This document shows, in pieces, positions 1-11,124 of a DNA stretch of 40,124 bases (position 1 is its first letter; each line of letters starts with the position of its first letter). A program made the position numbers and the translations under genes. The notes beneath the pieces were generated by a model. That model ran no database searches and was not told where the DNA came from. It was given only the letters and a program-made list of their open reading frames with translations. Where the stretch lies: NCBI GenBank assembly GCA_000320545.1, contig ADNK01001491.1, positions 1 to 40,124 on the forward strand. The letters are read 5' to 3'. Origin of the DNA: Bigelowiella natans CCMP2755 (Eukaryota; Protista; Cercozoa).

Positions 1-215
1 GGTGTCCTTGCACACCCGCCCACGCTCACTCTCAGTGGATCTTTCTGTATGTATGAGTCTATCTCTCTCTCTGTCTCACACAGGGTCATGTACGATATAT
101 GAGTGTGTCTGGGCGGGGGGGGAGGGGGGGGGGGAGGTTTGAACTGTTTCTATCGAAAGGGCTGGGGGTGTGGGGGGTAGGGGTATATATACATATATAG
201 GCGCCGACCTGGGTG

Positions 216-262
<47 letters not shown>

Positions 263-497
263 ATTATACAACGCCGTGCATCAAAAGCATGTGTATACTA
301 CTACCATTGTAACAAACTTCCCTACATTTCTTCCTCGCACCTGAATCAACCCCTCCCCCCCCCTCCTCCGCCGCATTCTAACCTTCATCTTCAACATTTG
401 TACTACTGGGACAGAGATAGACATGGTCTCTCCTTTATGCCGCCTCCTAGCATCAGCGGTGGGTGATATGCGCCATAACATCGTCAATAATATATAA

Positions 498-528
<31 letters not shown>

Positions 529-706
529 CAAGCCATAACATCGTCAATCTGCTGCTGTGTCCGACAACGATATTTGATAAATACTCAAGTAAAACTTTGC
601 GCTTTTTTTTTGTTTTTTTTTTGGGTGCGCGCGCGCGCGCTTTGCATGTGAGTGCGTCTGAGGATCGATTGCTTGCACGAATGGTGGCTCGTCGTCGTAT
701 GTATAG

Positions 707-1963
<1,257 letters not shown>

Positions 1964-1964
1964 C

Positions 1965-2930
1965 TCTCGATCTAGAGATAGGATGCATGCATCGATTTGC
2001 GAGTGCTGCTGGGTTCTGGGGTTTGTTGGGCACCTCTAGACCTGTGCCCAGACCAGTCGTTGCGGTTCAAATTTTGTCAAAGTTTTCGAAAAAAAATCAC
2101 GCAATTCGCCCAGCTAGCCAGGTGTGTTGTGGCCGATCTAGCGCTGTGATGGACATCCCAATCGGACTCACAACAAGTCCCTGTGCGCGTGCATATGTCA
2201 TTTGTTGATGCGTATATGCACAAGAAAGGCATGCGTGCACATTTTGCATCCATCTCCAGATCTAGCCATGCATGCGTGCGACCATGTCTTACTTTCTAGC
2301 TCTCTGCGACACGCGCTGAAGCTCAAAATCGCCTTGAAAAGCTCACGCACGCTTGCTCAAACACAAAGATTGTCACAGGTTTGGTGGGGGCTGTCTAGCT
2401 GTGTGGCGCGCGCACATTGACTTTGATGCTGGGTTGCGCTCGCTCGTCAAAGATGAGTGAATTTTCTGCGACAAAATGCATTGAGTGCCACCACAATGCG
2501 CAAATTGAACACGGCATGCGGAGTTCATGATTGTGCCCAAGAATGACGCATGTGGACACAAAGCAGTGCGTGTCGTTGTTTGGTGAACGTCGGGTTGATC
2601 ATTCTCACACATCATCACGACTATTCAAGACATTTCATCCAGTTCCAGGCATCCACGTCTACATGTCAAATGGAAAACATCAAACTGTATCAGATTTTGA
2701 ATCAACCCAATAGTGTTGAAGTGAATCTAGTTTTTCAAATCACAATGAAGGCAGTGCATTGTTGATCAAAATGAAACAATGCAGTAGTACCCAACTCACT
2801 GTCCGTAGGTTTGGCACTTTTTTCTCCGTGCATGCCATAATTAGAGCTTGACGATGGATCAGTGATGAGGCTATTCATGTGATTGAAGTGCACCGCTTTC
2901 ATGTGACCCTGCAACATTGTCGGAAATCAA
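1965..2930. other. TpA-depleted intergenic patch
   Basis: TG/CA-rich; many surviving TA sit in CTAG/TAG/CTA (tctagag, cctctaga, gctagcc, tctagcg, gtctagct). Confidence 0.7.
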
Positions 2931-2949
2931 AAGTGTACTTGGAAAGAAA

Positions 2950-4300
2950 CACGATGAACGTTATGGGTCTATAAGAGTAACTTGTTTCATCTACCTTCAA
3001 GTGAGGTTTCTGTCTGAAAGAGGCTAAACATAAATCTGCGTATCATGAAAAAGGTATTGTTGAATTCTAATAGATCGATGCGGCAACACCTTAAGAATCC
3101 TTAAAATTCCTACAAAATATTTTATATGCTCACCGCAAGCAAATGGCCTCGTTCCAGTGTGGGACCGCTGATGGCGCCTTAATCTTTTAACCATATGCAC
3201 AATGTAATGTTATCATTGATGTAAATCTTAGAGGATGGCTTGAAGCCTCTTTTCAGTCAGCTATGTACCTATACTTAGTCTTGAACGACTTTGTGCAACA
3301 GCTACATCTGTCACGATAAAATTAAATTGTATGAGCTGATGACCAAACTTTTGATTTTCACAAACTCACGCATGTCGGTTTTTCTCGAGTTCTCTTTTAG
3401 CAGAGCTGGTGCTGCAGTTTGTCGTTTTCAATGTTTCTGGATTTTGCGTATTCTCGGGACACTGAGACTGAGCCGTTCTATGTACACTGCAGAACCAATA
3501 CCAATCAGGACTATTCTTGCTTTTTGGAAGGAATGACTCACCTGAACTTCAAACCAGACATAGACAACGGAAGCGCAATGTGAAATGTATTCCCATTAAT
3601 CCAGACCCTGCACTGAGCGTCTGCCGGAGCTCTGAAATTTATACTTTGTAAATAAAACGACAGAGCGCAGGCTATCTACAGATTACCCCATGTTTTGAAA
3701 TGTCAGTTGTATTTCATTTATCGTGTTGACAGGCACAGGGAAGGCTCTGGGGCAAGTTTTTGCTGACGAGGGGGTCAGTTTTCTTTTCTTCCCACTCTTC
3801 GGAGAGTCGTCCTCCAGCTGCGCTGCAGAGACTGGTGCAGCGATGGCTTTTGGGCTAGCTGCTGCTAAGGCGATCATTTTCCGTTTGTTCCCGATCCTCT
3901 GGGAGTTGTTCGCCAGCTGTGCTGCAGAGTGTTTTCCCTTTTGGGGGGGGTTAGAAGTGCGGATCGTGGGAATGGATTTGATCTAGCTCCATCCACGGTT
4001 TTTTCTCTGTTTCTGCAATTCTGTTTGTCGTTTTACCGGAATTCGCATGCATTCGAGTAAGATGCAACAAAATGTTCCACTTGAACCAAGTAGATCATTG
4101 CGCACATATGTGGTACTGTACATCATGATGAAAAATTTCCTGCGCCATTTGAGGTAGTAACTCCTTCGTTTTTCAGCGATTCTATCGGTCTTAACCTAGG
4201 CGTTTTCGCCAGATTCCAGCCGATCTTATTTCGATAAGGGGTACCTTCTTTCTTCTGCGAATCGGCACGCTTATTATCACATGATCACCAGCTTCATTTG
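2950..4300 (-). CDS. Probable multi-exon gene, unknown product; boundaries approximate
   Basis: Minus-strand coding-like blocks (AAASPKAIAAPVSAAQLEDDSPKSGKKRKLTP with an NLS-like KKRK; VWINGNTFHIALPLSMSGLKF at ~3542-3607) flanked by plausible splice sites. No recognised domain. Confidence 0.4.
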
Positions 4301-4995
4301 CAGAGGAGCGACATAGCGATATCTGCTGATGCCGAAAGGAACTCCCCTTTTTTCTTTGCGACGCGTAAACAAAATTATGTAAAAAAATGAAGAGCTATAA
4401 GCTCTCACATAAATCCTAGGTAGAAAATCGTGTAAATCAGTATGTATTTTTGCGAAGCGGCAAGTGTAAAATTATGTCGCACATGATTCATCGCCAGTCA
4501 TTTTATTTGCCGACGGCAAAAAGAGTTATCTAGAGTCTGGGGCGCATTCAGGAGTAAGGAACGCATTCAGGAGTAAGAAACCGTTCTTGAGAACGTTGCT
4601 AAATAGCACAGTAGCCACATCGCTATATTTATCCGCGACAGCATTTTGGACTAATATTGGAGATAAACGGCTTGTGTTTTAGATGAAAACCAGCTTCGGT
4701 TTCAACAAAATGAGTATAAGTCGCAGCGAGATGTTTTCGCAAAAGTTCTTCAAAGTTCTTTCAACAACTACAGTCAGATTCCGCATTAGGCGACGCGTTG
4801 TGCCGAGGGTTTTTTGTTGCCTATCAACTACTTGTAGCCTGGTGACTTCAACATTGCCCTTTTAGGGTCAATCTGTCAACTTGCAAGGTTATGGAGGCAC
4901 CATTTGTCAACTAATGACAGCATTGACGGGTAGTAACAGGGATTGACGGGGAGTAACGGGTAAATGCCGGAAAGTAACGGGTAGTAATGGATGAA

Positions 4996-5491
4996 TATTC
5001 TAAATCAGTAGTGACAGTTATCTTGAGATTATATGTACACCTGTAAAATATCCGAAAATTAGAGGAAATGGTTGAACATTAGGGTTAGCACAAGCGCCGA
5101 TCGAAGCATCATTTGTAGGTATGTTTCCTATCCCCTAACCTAAGATCGATAATTGTATGAAAATGTGCAAGCCTATATTCTAAATCAGTGACAGTTATCT
5201 TGAGATTATGTGTACACTTGTAAAATATCCGAAAATTAGAGGAAATGGTTGAACATTAGGGTTAGCACAGGCGCCGATCGAAGCATCATTTGTAGGTATG
5301 TTCCCTATCCCCTAACCTAAGATCGATAATTGTATGAAAATGTGCAAGCCTATATTCTAAATAAGTAACAGTTATCTTGAGAGTATAAATACACCTGTAA
5401 AATATCCGAAAATTAGAGGAAATGGTTGAATATTAGGGTTAGTATTCTAAATCAGTAACAGTTATCTTGAGAGTATAAGTATAACTGTAAA
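4996..5491. repeat. Tandem repeat, ~177-180 bp unit (starts 4996, 5176, 5353 and partial 5443) carrying telomere-like motifs
   Basis: Near-identical units tattctaaatcag...gttatcttgag...aatatccgaaaattagaggaaatggttgaa..ttagggttag...cccctaacctaag. The third copy breaks right after TTAGGGTTAG. Confidence 0.92.
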
Positions 5492-5567
5492 GTCTGCGAA
5501 AATAAGATGAAATAGCAGGAAGAAAAAGAAAAGGAAGAAACCACTTTATAGATGTCCTTGCTCGTCT

Positions 5568-5731
5568 GTACAGAGGCGGAGGGGGAGAGAGTAATAGAAT
5601 ATGGAAAATATGGAATATATATATTCTTCTCAATATATATATATATATTCATCCTATTACACGTGTAAGCTCACATCCTAAGGGAAAAACATTGGGTTAA
5701 CCGTACAGAGGCGGAGAGGGAGAGAGTAATA

Positions 5732-5737
<6 letters not shown>
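5568..5737. repeat. Short direct duplication (~34 bp), each copy upstream of a (TA)n tract
   Basis: gtacagaggcggag(g/a)gggagagagtaatagaatat at ~5568 and ~5703. Confidence 0.8.
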
Positions 5738-5766
<29 letters not shown>

Positions 5767-5770
5767 ATAG

Positions 5771-6280
5771 GCAATGGGGGCGGAGGGGCTCAGACAGCAG
5801 CCTCCTCGTCCTCATCGCCAAACATGGCTGCCGCCGCCGCCGCCGCTGTTGCAGCTTCGGGCGTGACGATTACAGATCAGCGACTCCAGCAGGAACATCT
5901 CCGTCTACTAGAGGCCCAGGCCAAGCTTCAGCAGCAGCAGCAGTTCCTCGCACAACAGCAGCAGCTGCTCCACCAGCAAGCCGTCCTTAGAGCTGCACAG
6001 GGGCGCACAGCAGCAGTATCAGCGGCAGCAGCGGCAGCAGCACAAGCAGTAGCACATCAACGACGCCAGCAGGCTGCGGTAGCAGCAGCTTCGGGGTTAG
6101 TACCAGGAATAGGAGGAGGCCAACGACCGATCGTACAAGGAGGAGGAGGAGGACAGCTCCAGAATAACAATAATAATCGGAATAATTTGGCCGCGTCGCA
6201 GTCTTCAGCATCATTATCGCCAACGTGTAATTGTACTCGTTCGTCCCGGTCCTCTTCATTTCCGAGTGCGGCAGCAAGAG
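5771..6280 (+). CDS. Low-complexity Ala/Gln/Gly/Asn-rich exon(s) of an unknown, possibly disrupted gene
   Basis: Open frame after an AG acceptor that follows (TA)n: NGGGGAQTAASSSSSPNMAAAAAAAV...QQQQQFLAQQQQLL...NNNNNRNN. Possible GT donor at ~6282. Similar Ser/Ala/Pro-rich blocks seem to continue into the TA-free zone. Confidence 0.5.
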
Positions 6281-7087
6281 GGTGAGGATCACGACTGACG
6301 GCTATGTATTCCTTGTTACTATATTACTAGCTCACGCAGCTCGTTTTCCCGCCGCCGCTCCAAGGCTAGAATGCGTCAGTAGTAGCAGTAGCAGCAGCGA
6401 CAGCAGTGATTTGGATTCGACGTCCTTGTTTTGCTGATGCTCTTTGTCTGACTGTCTGTCATTACATTGAATGTGCCCCACACGCCATTTGTCACAGCGT
6501 TGTTGTTGGTGCTGCTACTGCTACTACTTGGATCCGCAGCCGCTGCATCCTCTGCCGCCGCTCCTTCGCTTTCTTCCCTGGGTGGCCCAGGGGGGGGAGA
6601 GAACCCTCTGATTTCTCCAGGATCTTGTGCGTGATTGGGAGGAGGAGGAGAGGGTCAAAAATTTCAACACAACAAACATGGTGCAATTGTCCCTCTGCGC
6701 CGCGCTTGCGCCCGCAACACGTCGCGCAATGTCGGAACAATTGACGGAAAGTGTGAACCTTTGATGAACACCATTGAACATCAAACAATTGGCACCAGTG
6801 TCAATCCCCATTGACACTGAGGATGCAGGATCATCTGCACAATTGCCGGCGCCGTCGCCGGTGTGATTCCTGCCTGGTCTCAACAATTGCGAATGCCAGA
6901 ACTCCGTCTGAAACATCACCCGATTGGGCAACACCCTCTCGACGCTGTCTTGCCTCTCCCCACCTCGCACCGACACCTCCCCAGGGTCGCTGCTTGCTCT
7001 TCGTCCTCTTCGTGTCTCTGCCTCTGCTTCCTTTCGGCCTGCCGCCGTTCAGTTCAATTGCGGAGACGTGATTGCCGTTTGCCAACT

Positions 7088-7204
7088 GCAATCCCCTCCG
7101 TTCACTTCCCTCTCCATCGGTCTCCTGGACTCAATTTGACACGGAGGCAATCCCCTCCGTTCGCTTCCCTCTGTGTCGATTGAACGGAGGCAATCCCCTC
7201 CGTT
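7088..7204. repeat. Three copies of gcaatcccctccgtt, two forming hairpins
   Basis: acggagg-caatcc-cctccgt (7141-7160) and aacggagg-caatcc-cctccgtt (7183-7204), directly abutting the left Harbinger TIR. Confidence 0.75.
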
Positions 7205-7665
7205 TGATCCCCTCCACGCAAGTGCAAACTGACCAACCAACTGACCAACCACCTTCGACGTCACCTGGTTTGATTTGTTTCACTTTCGAAGCGCCTTTTT
7301 GTGAAGACTGACCAACCAAAGTTTGAAATGTGACCAGTTTGCAACTTCAAACCGACCAGTCGGAACTGACCAGCACTGACCAGTGTTGTCGTGTTGTTGT
7401 CTGGTGCAAAATCAGAAAAAATCCAAAAACAACACGATTTTTCTCGTTGTGTCACCTCACGCACATCGTGCTGATGTCAAACCGAACAACATGCGCACGA
7501 TGTTGGTCCAAAGTGAGCCAATTTGAACGTTTCGCTTCACGTTCACACACTTGGCAAACACGTTTGAATCACGATGTGAAACAGAATGAACCGAAATCAT
7601 CGTGATGCTTTTGTCAAGTTTTCGTGAGGGGGAATTGAAACTGTGGTGTCGTTTCAGTCGTTTCA

Positions 7666-8960
7666 ATGGCGCCCTCTTTTGATGCTCTTGTCAAATTGTC
7701 GGCTGCATCCTCTTTGAAACGCTGGCAACAGCGTGCCGATGGCATGCGGAGAAAGATGGCCGCAGCCGTGGCCGTCACAACCATCGTGAGCGTGCTGACG
7801 GGAAAGAAGAGGAACAGACACAGGAAACAAATGAACTTCCTGCAGCACCTGCGTTCGTTCTCACCAAGTGCATTCAGGCGCACGTGCAGGATGCCCCTGT
7901 GCGTGTTTCACGAGGTGCTGGCAAAGGTGAAGCCAGACTTGGAGAGCAAGCACCCAAGAAAGGCCAGGCAGGATGGTGTGGTCCTGCCTGACATGGCTCT
8001 TTCAATGACACTGCGTCACTTGGCAGGGGGGTCGTGTCTTGACATCATTCGCCTGCACGGTGTCAGCAAAAGCAATGTTTTGTGCTGTGAAATCACGGGT
8101 CATTGAGGCCCTCGTGAAACACCACTTTCCTCGTGAATTCGATTTCACGAGGATGAAAGAATGCGAGTCGTCCTTTGCTCGCGTGAGCACCTGTGGCGAC
8201 GAGATGAGGGGTTGCGTGGATGCTGTGGACGGCCTGGCGGTCCACGTGAAGCAACCCTCATTGAAGGAGGATCCGTGTCAGAAGCGTTGCTTCAACAGGA
8301 AGGGCTGCTTCGCGCTGAACCTCCAGGCCGTCTGCGATGGCCGACGGGTGTTCACGCATGCAAAGGTTGCGGGCCCTGGTTCGGTCAACGACAGCCTGGC
8401 TTGGACTTTGTGCTCGCTGTCTGATGAAGTTGGTTCGGGGAAGTTGGGGGGTCACTGGTTCGCCGGAGATGCTGCCCACGGCAACAGTGACGGGCTGCTT
8501 TGCCCCCATCCCGGGAGGGAGCTGCCTCCTTCCAAGGCCAACTTCAACTGCCACTCACTTGTCCCAAAAGCGGATGAACGCAGAGTGTGCCTTCGGCATG
8601 TTGGTCGGCCGTTTTGGGGTGCTGTGGGCACCCCTGAAGTGTTCTCTCGCGGAGGCCGTGAGAACAGTGTGCGCCTGCATTGGGCCACACAACGTCACAA
8701 CTGAATTGACGCATGGCCTTCCTGTGGATGCCGACCTTCCACCCACAGTTCGCCACGTGCGCATCATGGGGAGGATGAGGCAAGGGCAGCCGCTGCCAAG
8801 ACTCAAGGTGACTTGTCGTGCTCCAAAGCTGGACAAGTCTGGCAGGCCATCGAGCCTGCTCAACTCGATCAACTCGAGTGGGGGCCGAACGCAGAGGTCG
8901 TGACGATGACTGTGCAAAGCGGGACCGCCTCACTCGCAAGCTTCAGACTGCCATCGACAA
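7666..8960 (+). pseudogene. Harbinger/HARBI1-type DDE transposase (DDE_Tnp_4-like), two frameshifts, Tyr-less
   Basis: Motifs FRRTCRM, LRHLAGGSCLDI, GCVDAVDG, FNRKGCFALNLQAVCD, GPGSVNDS, GDAAH, FNCH/LSQKRMNAECAFGMLVGRFGVLW, HN. Frameshifts near 8070 and 8555. The D, D and E catalytic residues are retained. Confidence 0.9.
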
Positions 8961-10048
8961 CATGCAGGTCTTGTGTTTGTCGTTTCATGAATGCGCTGTC
9001 AGGTGTCACTTGCAATGAGAAGAAGAGAAAATGGGTCGGCCGCAGAGGCAGCAGGTGGGAGAGAGGAAAGGTTTTGATGACGATGGATGTCAATGGCACT
9101 TGGCACCAGTGCTAGCACTGAAACCACATGACCACTGGCAGTGTGATGGTGACACATCAACCCCCCCTTTGTTAGCAGTGCCCTTGTCATTCTCGCCATT
9201 GCTTTTTGTTTCTGTTCAGTTGTGATGTGCACACATGTGTGCATGCACACATGCACATGTGCACAACAAACTCATCATTTGCAATTTCCATTCTTGCAAT
9301 TTGGAAGATGCAACTTGTCAAAACTTGACAAAAGGTTTCAAAAGAAAAATTCATTGCATTTTCATTGTGCAGTGCAATGCTGTGTCATTTCATTGAAAAT
9401 GATGTAGTTGCCTAGCTGCTCTTTGTTGACATCTGCGAGTTTTCACACACACAGCAATGGCACACGCATTGCATGTCTGTCATTTTCCCCCCAATGTTGT
9501 TTGAGTTGCAACTGTTCCAGGTGAGGCCTCGCCCCCATCCCCGTGAGTGAAACAGCAGTGTGCTGATGAATGGACAGGTGGTGCATTTTCCATTTTCCCA
9601 TTTGCATTGCATTGCATGATCATTTCAATTTCAAACAACACGTGATGTGTTTTTTGCGAGCAACCTCATTTGGCAGTCTTCCATTTGAAACCTCTGCTTC
9701 CAATGATCTCAAAAAAAAACTGAAAGATTGGAATTGGAAGAACTTCGCAAGAACAACAATGCAGTGGTGTGTGTGTTTGCGTCCCTCTGTTGTGGTGGGG
9801 GACATGTGTCTACGTCCCTCCTCCAGGGATGTGATTTCATTGCCTCAAGAATGTCTTGTTTCTGTTCGCTACATTTGATCCCTTTCTCGATTCCTTTCAG
9901 TGCTTCATTCTGCTCTTCACAATCATTCAAAAGATTTCCGCTGCAATTGAGAACATCACACTGCAAAAGATTTTCGCTGTGATTAAGAACATTGCACTGC
10001 GCAGTTTTGTGATGATGAATTCAATGTTCCAAATGTCAAATTAAAAAT

Positions 10049-10120
10049 CAGCGAACACTGGTTTCGATCCAGTGTCCTCCTGGTTGTGGGCCAGGCACGC
10101 TACCTCTGCGCCACTTCGCT
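10049..10120 (-). tRNA. Initiator tRNA-Met-derived gene with mutated anticodon CAC (probable pseudogene)
   Basis: Minus strand AGCGAAGTGGCGCAGAGGTAGCGTGCCTGGCCCACAACCAGGAGGACACTGGATCGAAACCAGTGTTCGCTG then ATTTTT. Full cloverleaf with A1:U72, C33 and a GATCGAAA T-loop (A54/A60), typical of eukaryotic tRNAi-Met. Pol III T-run terminator follows. Confidence 0.88.
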
Positions 10121-10172
10121 ACGTCATTGTCCTTTCATGTGCCAATTTGCAAATTGCTGATCGGACAAATCA

Positions 10173-10201
10173 AGGTCTCACCCGGATTCGAACCGGGGTT
10201 G
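10173..10201 (-). pseudogene. 3' fragment of a tRNA, Gln-like
   Basis: Minus strand CAACCCCGGTTCGAATCCGGGTGAGACCT is a T-arm plus 3' acceptor strand ending in ACCT, as in eukaryotic tRNA-Gln. The 5' half is replaced by sequence related to the 101-bp repeat. Confidence 0.6.
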
Positions 10202-10579
10202 CATGTACGTGCATGACACGCATCGCGCACATGCACGTGTCACGAATGGTGCGAAATGACGGTCTTGTACATGAATTAGCTACTGCAATTGAAGTAACTA
10301 GATTGAACATGAATCATTGGTGCGCAGGACTTCGAGGATTAAAACCAAATCATCCGGAAGATGATGATTTCAACAACAGAACAGATGAGCGCTTAATGAC
10401 GATGAAACATCATGATTTTTGCTTTCAGCATCTGATCAACAAACATTTCGGTGCAAACAAGATTGTCAATGTTGAGTCCTAATTCGGACTGTTGACGGTC
10501 ATTTCATGTGTTCAAAAATGAATTGCAGCACGTGCACGTGTGTGCAAGCAGGAGACAAAGTGCACAGTGCACATGCAGT

Positions 10580-10860
10580 GCACGCAATGCACTCAAGTTG
10601 CAACGCACGTGCATTGCATCTGCACAGACGTGTGCACGATGCACACGTTGCATCACGCACATGCACGCGTCACGAATGGTGCACATATGCAATGCGTTCA
10701 AGTTGCAATGTGCATTCCATCTGCACAGACGTGTGCACGATGCACACGTTGCATCACGCACATGCACGCGTCACGAATGGTGCACACGTGCAATGCGTTA
10801 AAGTTGCAATGTGCATTGCATCTGCACAGACGTGTGCACGATGCACACGTTGCATCATGC
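10580..10860. repeat. Tandem repeat, 101-bp period, ~2.8 copies (related partial copy at ~10221-10252)
   Basis: tgcacagacgtgtgcacgatgcacacgttgcatca recurs at 10621, 10722 and 10823. Confidence 0.9.
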
Positions 10861-11124
10861 ATCTTCACAGCGTACTGCTCGAGGACGAGTGGAGATTGTC
10901 TACCATTTGTCAACAACGTCCCAACGAAAAATCTTTGAGGAATTTTGTGGAGAATGTTGCTGAATAGTTCCAGTGTGCGAGTAATTGATTTTCTCCATTG
11001 CAATCATCACCACTCTACCACAGTTTGCTTGACTACTACTACTATTGCTACAATGGAAAAATCATCAAATAGTTCTGCTAATCATTTGAAATGAAGATGT
11101 TAATAATGTCTAATCATTGGAACA

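Larger units (their letters stand above)
6530..10870. other. Core TpA-hypermutated domain
   Basis: No TA dinucleotide found by eye from ~6530 to ~9110, and very few up to ~9980 and in 10500-10870. Confidence 0.9.

Noticed and set aside
4996-5491. CRISPR-like array
   Set aside because: Units are contiguous near-identical repeats with no unique spacers; eukaryotic context and no cas genes.
7666-8960. Alternative genetic code explaining Tyr->Cys/His
   Set aside because: Neighbouring host genes (H2B, gelsolin, kinase) use standard Tyr codons at conserved sites.
6530-10870. Classical RIP or 5mC deamination as the cause of the skew
   Set aside because: Those give C->T and increase TpA. Here TpA is lost, CpG is plentiful, and the markers show A->G/T->C.
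6530-10870. Decay of ApT-context 6mA
   Set aside because: ApT remains frequent, and changes such as TAC->TGC are not in ApT context.
6400-11000. Numerous overlapping Cys/His-rich ORFs in all six frames
   Set aside because: A by-product of losing TAA/TAG stops and gaining TG/CA. Only the transposase frames have homology support.
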